Source: Cycas panzhihuaensis (taxonomy: Eukaryota; Plantae; Cycadophyta). Taken from it: 64,000 nt of DNA. Of the stretch, positions 13,052-25,500 are shown one piece after another; position 1 is the first letter of the stretch, and each line of letters opens with the position of its first letter. The translations under genes and the position numbers were made by a program. The DNA lies in the NCBI GenBank assembly GCA_023213395.1, contig CM041465.1, forward strand, positions 233,623,741 to 233,687,740. Reading direction: 5' to 3'. The notes beneath the pieces were generated by a model, which had not been told where the DNA came from, did no database searches, and saw nothing but the letters and a program-made list of their open reading frames with translations.

Positions 13052-13524
13052 ATTTATCCTTTTAATGATCTAATCACATTTAATACTCATAAGTGACTCT
13101 AAGATCCTAAGTATACGACTTAGTTAATGACTTAAGTTATGGACCGTAGAGACTTATATACACAACACACTTAGACATAAATATATAAACATTATTTTCT
13201 AACATGAATAATAGACAAGGAGGTGAGTATATGATATGGTAAGAATGTTCAATAAGAGAAAATATACATAAATGAATGTTCAACAAGGGATTGACCTTTT
13301 AATGAGCCAATCATATTTAATACTTATAAGTGACTTTAAGATCCTAAGTACAAAACTTAATTAATGACTTATGGTCCCTAAAGACTTAAATGCATAATAC
13401 ACTTAGACACGAATATATAAACATTATTTTTTAACATGAATAATGGACAAGGAAGTGAGCATATGATATGGCAAGAATGTTTAATAAGAGAAAATATACA
13501 TAAATGAATGTTCAACAAGGGATC
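13052..13524. repeat. Tandem duplication, unit about 238 bp, two diverged copies
   Basis: 13052-13289 and 13290-13524 align throughout (AATCAyATTTAATACTyATAAGTGACT...AAATGAATGTTCAACAAGGGAT). Confidence 0.92.
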
Positions 13525-15406
13525 AAAAGAATGACTAAATTTTATTACTAAACTTTATTTTATTCAAAGAATAAGGTATATATTTATAATACATCTCACC
13601 TTAAATGGAGAACCTCTAAAGTCAACCTTTATGCACTCTTACACACTCCAAGTGGCACATATAACTAGGTGATTATAATATAAAATTCATAATAAAAGAG
13701 ACAGTGTAAAAGAAATTTAGAATTTAATTTATATAATTAGATATTACTATTCAACATACCCTCTAGATGGTATATAATTACATAATTATAAATATCACAT
13801 CAAAGAATAAATTTTGGTCTTCAAATGTGTTGAAACTTAAGTTATTTCAAATACCTTTGATTTTATCAATGGCCACATAAATGATGCTCCATCTACTAGT
13901 CTACATAGGTAACTAGACACTACAACTTCTAGTTTACTAAGTAACTCCTTTATATGTGTGGTTTAGTCAATGACAAATCAACTACACTTTAGGAATATGT
14001 CGTCCTATGTCGTCAAGTCAAGTGAGTTGGAAATAAGTACTAGAGTAGTAGAAAATATGACCCACTCTTGCCTAATGGGACTATAATAGCTTCTTCGATA
14101 AAGCATGGTTATAAACACAACATCAATTGGATTTTATGGTCTATAGTACTTAAGTCATTAGCTTTAATGGCCATAAAATACATAAAAAATGGGGCTCTAT
14201 AACCTCACAAATTCCTTATAGGCTTATATATGTCTAATAATAACAATTAAAATGGACTTGAAATGATTAAAATAAGATGTGACTAAAGAAATATTAAAAA
14301 ATAACTCTCTTATGATTTTTAATAATTTTCTATAAAAAATGGATTCTCTAGAGCCTAAAAGTAGAGTCTATGGCTTAATTTTCTTTTCCATTTGGTGTAT
14401 ATTACATTAATAGAAATATCATCAAATAATTTAGAACCATTAAAAATGATTAAATATGCCTTAAAAAAAGAAAAAAAAAACTCTTAAAAGAGAATACAAT
14501 TTTAATATAATTCAATTTTAATCTAATTATTCTACTTTAAAAATATAACAAAATATCCGTATGACCTATGTTATGAAGGTGGTTGAGTTAGCTTTTTGAC
14601 ATATCCTCTAGATCTAAAAAGTGACTTTATATGACTAAATTATGATAGAAAAAATGAATATAGATCTTTTAAAATTGAAGCAGGGTTAAAAAATAGAAAT
14701 TAGCCTCTTTGCTGCTAGGCTACTGTTAGGGTTACATTTAGTTCTCATATGCTTTGGATAGTGGAAAAGGTATCAACTTATATCTAACAAACCGAGATGG
14801 GTGTAGAAATGCTTCAATAGATAATTGTATGGAGGAATGCATGCCTAAAATGGACAAAATTTGGTAGAAAATAACTCTCAAGGAATGCATGACTAGTTGC
14901 ATTTTAGAATGAGAATGCATTGCAACTAGAACACGCATTGGGAAAGAACAAAATACAAGCACCAAACATGATGAAACATTCTAAAAGAGATGATTTCTTC
15001 AACATATGTATGCATATATGGGCAAACAAATAAAATAATTATAATATGGTTATTAATTAGAGTCATAATAAGGAGGTGTGTGTTATGAAAAGGAATAATT
15101 GGGATCATGTCATAACTTTTCTTTTCAAGAGGCATACAATTTAATATTTATGGGTCATTTCTCATCATGTTCGATGTGAGAGTTGAGTCATTTGATTTAG
15201 TGATATCTTACTATAGTGTGGAAGCTAATTATAATGATCTCTAGTGATGTAAAGGACTATTATATGGTATTATTGCTTAATGAAATCAGAGTCATGAGGA
15301 ATATTGTGCTTTATATATGAATGTATTATTGATGATTATTATAGTAATGTTGTGATGCTATTATGATATTATTATGTTGATATTCATGGTCTTATAGAGC
15401 ATTCTA

Positions 15407-15539
<133 letters not shown>

Positions 15540-18500
15540 TGATCATGTGGTTGACATGTTGAATATTCATAGGTAGATTGCACGATAGTGGGATTTTTGA
15601 CATAGGTGCTTAAGGGGACAAAATTAGAATTAACATTAGTTCTATTACCCATGTCCATTTGTGGAGGGAGTGAATTAGAGTTTCATTTTATAGTACTCAT
15701 ACTCAAAGACCAAGAAACCTTAGTTATCATCATGATAGAAGTCCATGATTAAGCATTCAACAACTATGGGACTTTTCAGTACCCCCTAAATGGCCTTCAA
15801 AGATAGGTGAGCCACTCATATGACATTTGCCTAAGAAAATTATGGAGTTTAATAGGAAAAGGATAATAAGACAGGCAAATAAATAAAAAATAGAGAAGTA
15901 AGAGGGCAAATTCTATAAGAAATGATAAGAATAAGGGGAGGTCTATCGAGGAGTCTAAGGCAAGTGGAGAATAAATACCCCTGAAACAAAATGAAGGATA
16001 TAAAGGACTAATGGTATTAACACTAGCTTCGATATAATTAAATGTGCTTAGCTTAGAAGTTGCACCCTTAGCCTCAAAATTATCAAAAGATGAAAAGTAA
16101 AATGTAGAAAAGGGTGAAAGAAATTCAGACAAAGAAGTGGAAACCCATAAAGAAGAAAAAAAATCAGAGGAGGAGGAAAATTAAGAGAATAGAAATATAA
16201 AGGAGATGGAGAAGACAAAGGGAAGAAAGAAAGAGGTGAAGAGTCTCGAATCAAAAAATGGTATCATATATATATGACAAAAATACCCGTTTCACTAAGG
16301 AATATGATTTAAATATTAATAATAATGTAGTAAGGAAGTAAGATAAGTGGTGAATATCAAAAAGTGTTATATCAACCCGTTTGGAAAGAATCACCAGGGA
16401 ATAAAAAATGGGTCAAGTGGTGTTTCTAGAATAAGTTTTTTTCTTATTCATGTGGATGCCTCACAATTTACTATTAGTTGTGTGTTAGCTCAACATAGAG
16501 AAAATAATGTTGACCATCCTTTCTACTTTGTAAGTTGAAAGTTTATAAGAGTTAAACGAAATTACATCATTATAAAAAGAGAAGACTTGAGAATGGTGTA
16601 TGTTTTATAGCAATTTTACCACTATCTTCTATTGAATATTTCTATCTTTTATGTTGATAACCAAGCCCTCATGTATTTTGTTAATAAATTATTGCTATGT
16701 GGGCATATTAGTAGGTTGCTAATGTTATTCCAAGAATTTACATTTAAGATCATTGTGAAACTAAAAAAAAATACATGTGATTCTTGATTAATTATGCCAT
16801 ATATAAAATAGAGAAAATGTTGTAGGAATAATAGATGACTCTCCAGACATAGCATTGTTTAGTGTTGAAGTAGTACCAACTAAATGGTATGAGGGAATTC
16901 TTGAATATTTAATGATAAGAGAATTTCCACAAGATCTACATAAAGCATAATGATGGCATTTAATCCACAAGGCTAAGCCTTACCAATTAACTTAGGGTGA
17001 ATTATATTTCTTGGGCCCTAATGATGTGCTACATCATTATCTGAAACCCCATAAGATTAGTTAAATAGTCACCCAAGCACATGGGGGCATGGCTAATAGG
17101 CATATAAGACTAAAGGCCACTTAGAGAAAAGTATTGACTGCTAAATTTTAGTGGTCAATAATCTTCAAAGACATTTAAATATGGGTTAAAACATGTGGCT
17201 ATTGTGAATAGATAGGGGAACTTTATTGCCAAGATTTTTAACCATTAAACCTTATACTACCATTCGAACCATTTAAGAAATAAGGTCTTGATTTTATTAA
17301 ACCAATTTGGCTTGTAGCTTGTTGACCTCAAGCCAAATATGTTTTAGTCACCATTGATTACATGATTAAATGGGTAGAAGCTAGACTGTAATTAGATTCT
17401 TATATGAAGTAATAGTGACATAATTTGAATGTCCCTTAGAATTAGTGACTAAGGATTATATTTTCTAAACTAAGTAGTAAAATAATTAACATCCATATTT
17501 ATGATTAATCATTAAAATTTGACACCATGTTATCCCAAAGCCAATAGGCAAGTTGAAAGTTTTAATAAAATCATTGAGAATTATTTGAGAAAAATCTATA
17601 ACATTGGAAGGTTTGATTAGGCTAAGAAACTACCATTAGTGTTGTGGGCCTTTCACACTACTTATAAAAGGTAGTAAATCAAACACTGTGTAGGTTTTTA
17701 TGGATTAAAAAGCTACAATTCCCATCAAGTTTGAGATTCCTAGTTTGTGTATAGCCTTAGCTTATTATCTCAATGATAAAAATTCATTAAGGGAATAATT
17801 ATGGTAATTATTACAACTAGAAGAGACTTAATATAAAGTAGTCTAGCTATAGAATATTGAAAACATAAGACAAAAGCATGGCACAAATGCCACCTAAAAT
17901 CACTATAATTTATTGAAGGTGACCAAGTGTTGCTCTATAACAACAAGTTCCAAATATGTCCTGCGAAATTAAGGATGAGATGGTTAGGTCTGTATATAAT
18001 GGACTCAAAATTTTCAAATGCGTCAATCTAGTTATTTGAGATTTATAGACTAAGATGTTAATATTGGCCATTGGTAATAGATTGAAGCCTTATAACCATT
18101 AAAATAAGGGGTCCCTATGAGGATCAACTATGTGTAACATGACATTTTGTTCGAGTTATAGAGACTCGAGGTTATCTTAGCATTCGATCGAGATCCCACA
18201 TAATGTGTAAAATCAAAATATAAAAAAATCAAAAAGCAATAAAAAATAATCATAAATCAAATCATGCATCTAAGCAAAAAATATATGAATATATGTATGT
18301 ACAAAAATCATCTTTTTTAGTAATTGTTCCTAAAAAATACACTATGCATTCTAGAAAATGAATGGGAATGAGAATGTGTCAACTAAAGTGAACACTATTC
18401 AAAGTCATATTATGCATTCTTGTTAGCATTCTAACGGGGAGCGTATTCAATAACACACTTGATTTAAAGAGAAAATCAAATATATTCTTCCTTATCCTAG

Positions 18501-20088
18501 TGAGAAGAAATTTCATTCCATATAAGAATGTTCAATGTAATGCATCTTAGGTTTATAGCTTAGAAAACTTTAATTTTCTTGTATTTTCATCTTATTTCTA
18601 TTAGATACAGTTAGTATTAATTTTCACTAGCTCCACATAGTATGTATAATAAAGACTACATGTTGTTAAGAGAATTATTTGTTAAAATTAAAGGGAGAAT
18701 TAAAGGAAATACTAATAACCTTTAAAAACTCATTAAAACAAGCAAGTTGAGGAAAATACATTTATATGTAACCATTATATTGGGACCTAGAAATCATGGA
18801 TCAAATTTTAATGGCTTTGAAGAAAGATATGGAATATATTTAGTTGGATAAGGATGTGATTCATACTTTGATGGGACTTCCTAAGGAAGGGGACATTCAA
18901 GTAGCCATTAAACACCTCGAAGTGAATTGTGAAAATTCAGTAAAGAAACGTATAATGAAAATACCTAAATATTCTTCATTGGCATCAAAATCATTGACAT
19001 CAAAGATAACTGGTTGTAATGTGTGTCCAAAGTGATCATCACTTATTTTTCATCAAAACAAAAATATACATGTATTATTAGGACAATAATATTGGTGTTT
19101 ATACAAATTCATAATAGAATATAACTAGATTCGTGTAAGGTTTTTGGCAACCAAGGTGGAGGGGCTAGAGAAAGAATACAAGGAAAAATTTATTGCTTTA
19201 CAAGAGAAATTAAAATATAAAGATGAAATTATTACCATTTTGATATAGATCAATAAAGATATGTTGAAATCCAATTAACCTAGTGGTGATCTAGGTTTGC
19301 AGGAGAAATCCTAGTTATAAATTTAAGGAGGAAGAAAATACAAAAGTTTAAAAATTTAATTTTTTATTGAGTAAGGATGTTTTTCATTAACTTGGGATAC
19401 ATGTTAAGGGTTAAATTTGGTTATCATATACTTTAGATAGTAGAGAAGGTATCAACTTGTATCTAATAAGGCAAGATGAGTACATGAGTATTTCAATAGA
19501 CAATTGCATGGAGGGATGTATACCCAAAATATATGAAATCTACTAGAAAATAGCTCTTAGTAAATGTATGATTAGGTGTGTTCCTAAATGAGAATGTAAT
19601 ATAAGTAGAATGTATATCAAGAAAGAATAGAATATAAGTACCAAATAAGATGAAACATTTTAGAACTGATGATGTCATCAATACATGTGTATATATACAT
19701 ATGTACAACCATAATAATTATAATATAGTCATTAATTGGAGTCATAATAAAAAGGTGTGAGTTATGAAAATGAATGGTTGTAATCATAAGTCACAATCAT
19801 TCCCTTCAAGAGTATATTTATGGGTTATTTCTCACCTTGTTTGATGTAAGGGTCGAGTCATTTGATCTAGTGATACCTTCTCTAGTGTGGAAGACAATGG
19901 TAATGATCTTTGGTTATGCAAAGGACTATTATATGGTATTGCTTAATGAAATTGGAGTTATAAGGAATATTGTGCTTTATGTATGAATGCATTATTGATG
20001 ATTATGATAGTAATGTTGTAATGTTATAATAATGTTATGATGATATCATTATGTTGATATCCATGGTCTTGTAGAGTATGTTGAGCCA

Positions 20089-20092
<4 letters not shown>

Positions 20093-20132
<40 letters not shown>
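20093..20132. repeat. (AT)20 at the homologous position of the 3' LTR
   Basis: Read directly; flanks match those of the 15409 repeat. Confidence 0.95.
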
Positions 20133-20135
<3 letters not shown>

Positions 20136-21301
20136 GATATTGTTATGATTATATGGATAACATATTAAATTTTATTATGTAGATTACATGGTATTAATCT
20201 TCTTAACATATGTTCTTAAGAGGATACAAACTAGAGTCAATAGTTGTAGGTCACCTAATCTTGCCATGTGACCATGGGGCTAATAGAATGAGGACTTTTA
20301 TAGACCTCATAAAAAATCAATCAAATTTATTTATTTATTTTCAACATACCACTTTCACCAAAAATAATTATACATTTGTGTGGGAAGACATGCATAAGCC
20401 TTCTTTTTATGTAATAAGTTGATCAGGTGATAGGTTAGGTAGTTGCCTCGTCATTACATTGCCAAGCATTATACCTTCTCAAAATTGCTTTGCCTCTCTC
20501 CATTGATTAGCCCTACCTACCATCTGTGATAGGTATGTTTCCTCTTCTTCATCTCTATTTAGGTATGATATGCCCTCTCTTATCTCTCATTTAGTGTCTT
20601 CAGAAATCACTCTACCTCTCCCTATCATCTAGCCTTGCTTACCATTTATAATAGGTACCTTGTCTCTCCTCCATCTATGTTTAGATTCTTGTTCTATGAA
20701 GGATATTCAATGTCTATAATATGCTTCATTATGATCCATTGCCATTCTTAACTCTTCTTTGTCTACACCTATGGCCTCTTATTCTTACTTTTCATCTTGC
20801 TTTCTAATCCTTGCTCGCGGTTTTCTTCAATTATAATGGTTGTGTATTCATTAGGCTTGTATTTATGGCTCATTTGCCTAAAATTTCTTCTATAAAACTT
20901 TAAAAATAATATATTTATGACCTTCAATAAGCCCTCACATGTATTATAATTTTGGCACAACATGCATAAGAAAAATGATTCATAATAAAGTTTTTTTAAA
21001 AGCATTAAATTTACACTTTTACCATTAAAAAAGTTTCACCTATATGTAGTCTTAACTTGCTCCAAAATAGCAAAATAATTAGCCCCCCAAAAAATATTTA
21101 CAACACTTAAAAAATTAGCCTTAAATAACTTTAAAAAATAGCCTCAAAATGATTGACGACTCTTTGAAAAAAATGACTTATTACAAGTCACATAATGGGT
21201 GCTAACTTGGTTCTAAAAACATATAAAAACCATGAAAGTAATGGCTCTAAAAAAATGAAAAAATAGGCTCTAAATTATCATTTCCAAAGGATTGAACCTT
21301 C

Positions 21302-21410
21302 AACTCTGATTCTAATGTGGAAAATTTGATATGGCTTTAATACCAACCATTAAAAAATTGACATGGCTCTAATACCAATTAGTGTAAAACTTGACATAGT
21401 TATGATACCA
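21302..21410 (-). repeat. Array of four 31-33 bp units, each containing an iMet-PBS-like sequence
   Basis: AACTCTGATTCTA, GGCTTTAATACCA, GGCTCTAATACCA and AGTTATGATACCA end at 21314, 21345, 21377 and 21410; the last three are each preceded by AAAn(TT)GAyAT. Confidence 0.8.
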
Positions 21411-22069
21411 TGATATTCACTGGATAACACATAATAGCTAAAGACAATGACATGAATGATAGATAAGAAGTTGAGTATATAATATAGAAAGAATGCTTAT
21501 TAAGATGAAATATGCACAAATGAATGTTAAATAAGGGATTGGAAGAATAGCCAAACTTTATTGTTTTCAAGAAATTAGATGCATATTTATAAACAATCTC
21601 ACCTCAAATAGAGAATCTCTAACCTTTTATGTGCTCTCACATATTCCAAGTGGCATGCATAATTAGATGGCTACAACATAAAATTAATAAATATTTAAGA
21701 AAGGATGAAAGGTGTTTAAGATCAAATTTATATAATTGGATATTACTATCTAACAATATAAGTCTAATAATATTGGAGAACCTCTAAGATATTTTATAAG
21801 AATTCATGAATGTGTGAGCTCTAAATATAAATTTTAATAATGTTCATATATTAATATCTACGCAAATGCATATATATTTTAAGTTGTATATGCACAACAT
21901 TTGAGGGATGACCATCACAAGATTCATGGATAAACCATAAATTAAATATCATTTTCTAATACTTCTACATAATGTTTAAATTTTTCTTTTTATCATGTTA
22001 CATCAATAGACTTTGTATTTATCTCTAAACTACTTTATATGTATATCATTTTGTATTTGTTCTTCTTCC

Positions 22070-22523
22070 CTAGCTTCTAAGACAAAATCTGTCTTCCTCT
22101 TGCTTGGATTCATAACATTAGTTTTATAACCTTATAAAGTGATCAACATATTAGGTATCCACTTGTAAATACTTGTCAGTTAACCACTTTACATTTGGAT
22201 GGTATCACTTGTGAATGGTGGCAAAACTTGGAATGAATTAGCTTTATAAACCAGTACTTCTCGTAGGACAAATTTGTTAAGTTGTTTGTAGAATAGTTTA
22301 AAACTACGATATAAACTACTATGATGAATTAAGAAGGCTAAAGCAAGCCAACTCAATAAAAGCATATAATGAGGCTTTTTTTAAGTTAGTTTATGTAGTG
22401 AGTAATATCCTTATGGATAGGCAAATTCAATTATACATTGATGATCATTCTATAGATATCTAGGTAGATGCCTAAATTGTCACCCCACAAAACTTAAATA
22501 AAGTTATGAGTTTGACTTATCTT
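22070..22523 (+). pseudogene. Chromovirus-type Gypsy gag, part 1 (host element)
   Basis: LHLDG..CEWWQ, LRRLKQ..SIKAYNEAF, PQNLNKVMSL.YL Retrotrans_gag motifs. Confidence 0.8.
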
Positions 22524-25500
22524 TGTTTGTTTTAAAGTTAAGTTAAGGGTTATGTGTTCAACCCATCTTTTATTATGTCTTGACACTTAGCCTACATGCA
22601 TAGGCTCACTTATATGCATAATATGCATTTATATGAGAGTATTTCTCTCTTATTAATACAAGAAAGTAACTTATTCTTCTATTCTTATTGTTCTAGTATG
22701 GTCTTAGAGCAGGTTTGTTAAAAACCTGGGGGAGATTTGACTAAGAAGTTTTTTTAGAAATTAAAAAGTTCATAGTATTTAAAAGAGAGAGGATGCTAAT
22801 ATATTTATTAAAGGCACATTAATTGTCATACAAAACTATATGGATGATTTTTTTTAAAATACTCAAAATCAAATAAAATTTCATCTGTAGACTCATCTTA
22901 ATAAGGAGAATCTGTTGTTCCAAAGACTTATCTCTAAATTTTGCTTCGTTTGATGCAAAATTATGAATTTACAGAGGTATGGATTTGGCATTTCAAACTC
23001 AAATTTCTCTCATTTTACTTTATCTCAAGAGGCAAAAGATATCCTAAAATCTCTATCTAAACATTATCTTTTAATTAAATATGACCTTATTGAATTTGAT
23101 CAAGTGTTTGAAAAGAAACGAGTAATTTTCACTTTCAAACCTTATCAGTCATATGATTTTTAGGGCCTTTTTTGAGAAAATAAGAAATCAAACTAAAAGA
23201 AAAAAAATCAAAATAGAACAAGTCACAAGTTTCATCTTAGGTGAGTTTTATTGAAATTTGCATAACTATACCTTTTTATTCTATTCTATATGATTGTACG
23301 ATCATACAATTAGTTATGACTATCTTTATTATCTCTAACATTCCCTCTCAGTTCACACTTCAAAGTTTAAAAAATGGCTTTAGTTGTTTCTCTCAGTGAC
23401 TTTAATAAACTCACTAGACAAAACTATAATACTTGGAAATTTAAAATGCAAGTCTTTTAATGGTTAAATATACATGGAATATTATCATTGAAAAAAAATA
23501 AAACCAACTAATATAGTAGATTTAATCAGTTAAGAGGAAAGGGATAGGATTGTATATCCTACTATTATGTTGTATATTAGAGATTCATTATTAAGTTGCA
23601 TTAGTGAATTCAATCATTTATTGATGTTTAAAGAATTCTAGCCTCTCTTTATAGATAGAAGAATGAAGCTTATATGATCTCTCTTAGAGAATAATTATAT
23701 AAACTCTAGTGAAAGGAAGGAGAATATATCTTAAATTTTATTACCAAAATAGTAGAAGTTAAGGATAATTTGGCCTCTAAAGGAGAAATAACATCTAATT
23801 TTAAAATTGTCTTACACTCAATAAACTTCCAAAATACTATGATATTATGGTTAAGACTCTTACCATTGGTGGACATACTACTAATATGTCTTTTAAAACT
23901 TTAACAGGACATATGTTACAATAGGAACAAAGAATTAAACGATATGAAGATGAGGTTGAAACTAACAGAATCCTTTATTTTAAAGCTAAGAATAGAAGGC
24001 ATAGGTCATTCTAGAAGTATTCTAAGAGGAAGAGATAGATTTTCTAGAGGAAGGATATCATAGGGATGAGGTAGGACCATATGGTTATCAGAAGGATGAG
24101 GCAGGTCTATACCAGCAAATTCCAGACCCTGTGATCATTATGGTAGATATGGATATTTTTTCAGTAACTGCAGATTGTATAATCTACTAACTTTCTATCA
24201 TTATGGATAAGTACAACATCTTGCTAACCATTGTCCTCAAAGGTATGTAGAAATTCTAGGAGGAAAAAGAGTTGAAGGGAACTATAATACTGAATAGACC
24301 ACAGAAGATGAAGATGAAACTACATTTATCATAGTCTTGGCTATATTTGCTCACAGTAATGAAGATAGATATATAACTTTTAGAGCATCTAATAAGATGT
24401 CAGGGAGAGGCAATTGGTTCAAGATACTCTAATCGTATTTTCTCAACAAAATAATTAAACTTGGTGATGATTTGACTTTACACATAAAATGAAAATGAAC
24501 AATTGTAATCCTAATTAATGACAAAGTTTAAAAATTGGTAATATGTTGTATATTTTAGGATTAAAGAAAAATATCATGTTTATATCTTAACTAAAGAAAA
24601 AGAGGCTCTGTGTTGTCTTTGATAAAAACCAAAGATGCTACATCCATCATATGAAGCAAAATGATGTTGTATTAGTAGAAAGAATAGAGACTGACAACCT
24701 TTATAAGTTAGTCTCTTCTCCTATCCTACCTCCTGTTGTCAAATCTTTTATTGTTAATAACTCTATTCATAAAATGTGGCATTGAAAATATAAACATATT
24801 ATAAATAGGTGGTTAGAATGGTTTAAAAAATTAAATATGGTAGATGCTCTTCCAAACATGTCTTTTAATCCATTTATATGCAAAAGATGCATGATTAGGA
24901 ATTAGCATTGAACCCCATTTCAAGAAAGTACATGGAGAGTTAATTCATACAGATTTGTGTGGTCTAATAACACCAAATTTAGTTAATGATACAAAGTACT
25001 TTCTTACCTTTATTGATGACTTCTTTAGAAAAACTTGGGTATATTTCCTCTTTAGCAAGTTAGAGGTCTTATATCATTTTAAAGAATTCAAAGCTCAAGT
25101 GGAGTTAGAATGTGAATGCAAAATTAAAATTATCTAGTCAGATAGAGGGGGAGAATATATTTCAAATGATCTCTATCACTTTTATAAACTAAATGGAATA
25201 CAAAGACAAGTCATTACTCCTTATACACCTTAGTTAAATGGAATAACTAAATGAATGAATAAAACGATAATGGAGATAGTTTAATGCCTGGTAAGTGAAA
25301 AAATAGTGACAAAACTCCATTAAGCTAAAGTAGTCAACACAATTGCATATTTTATTAACAATAGTCCTAATTGAGTTCTTGATAAAATCACTTTAAAAGA
25401 AGGTTAGATAGGAAGAAAGCCAAACATAAGTCATCTCAAAATCTTTAGAAGTATAGCTTATATTTATATTCCTGATAAGAAAAGAACTAAGTTAGATGAC

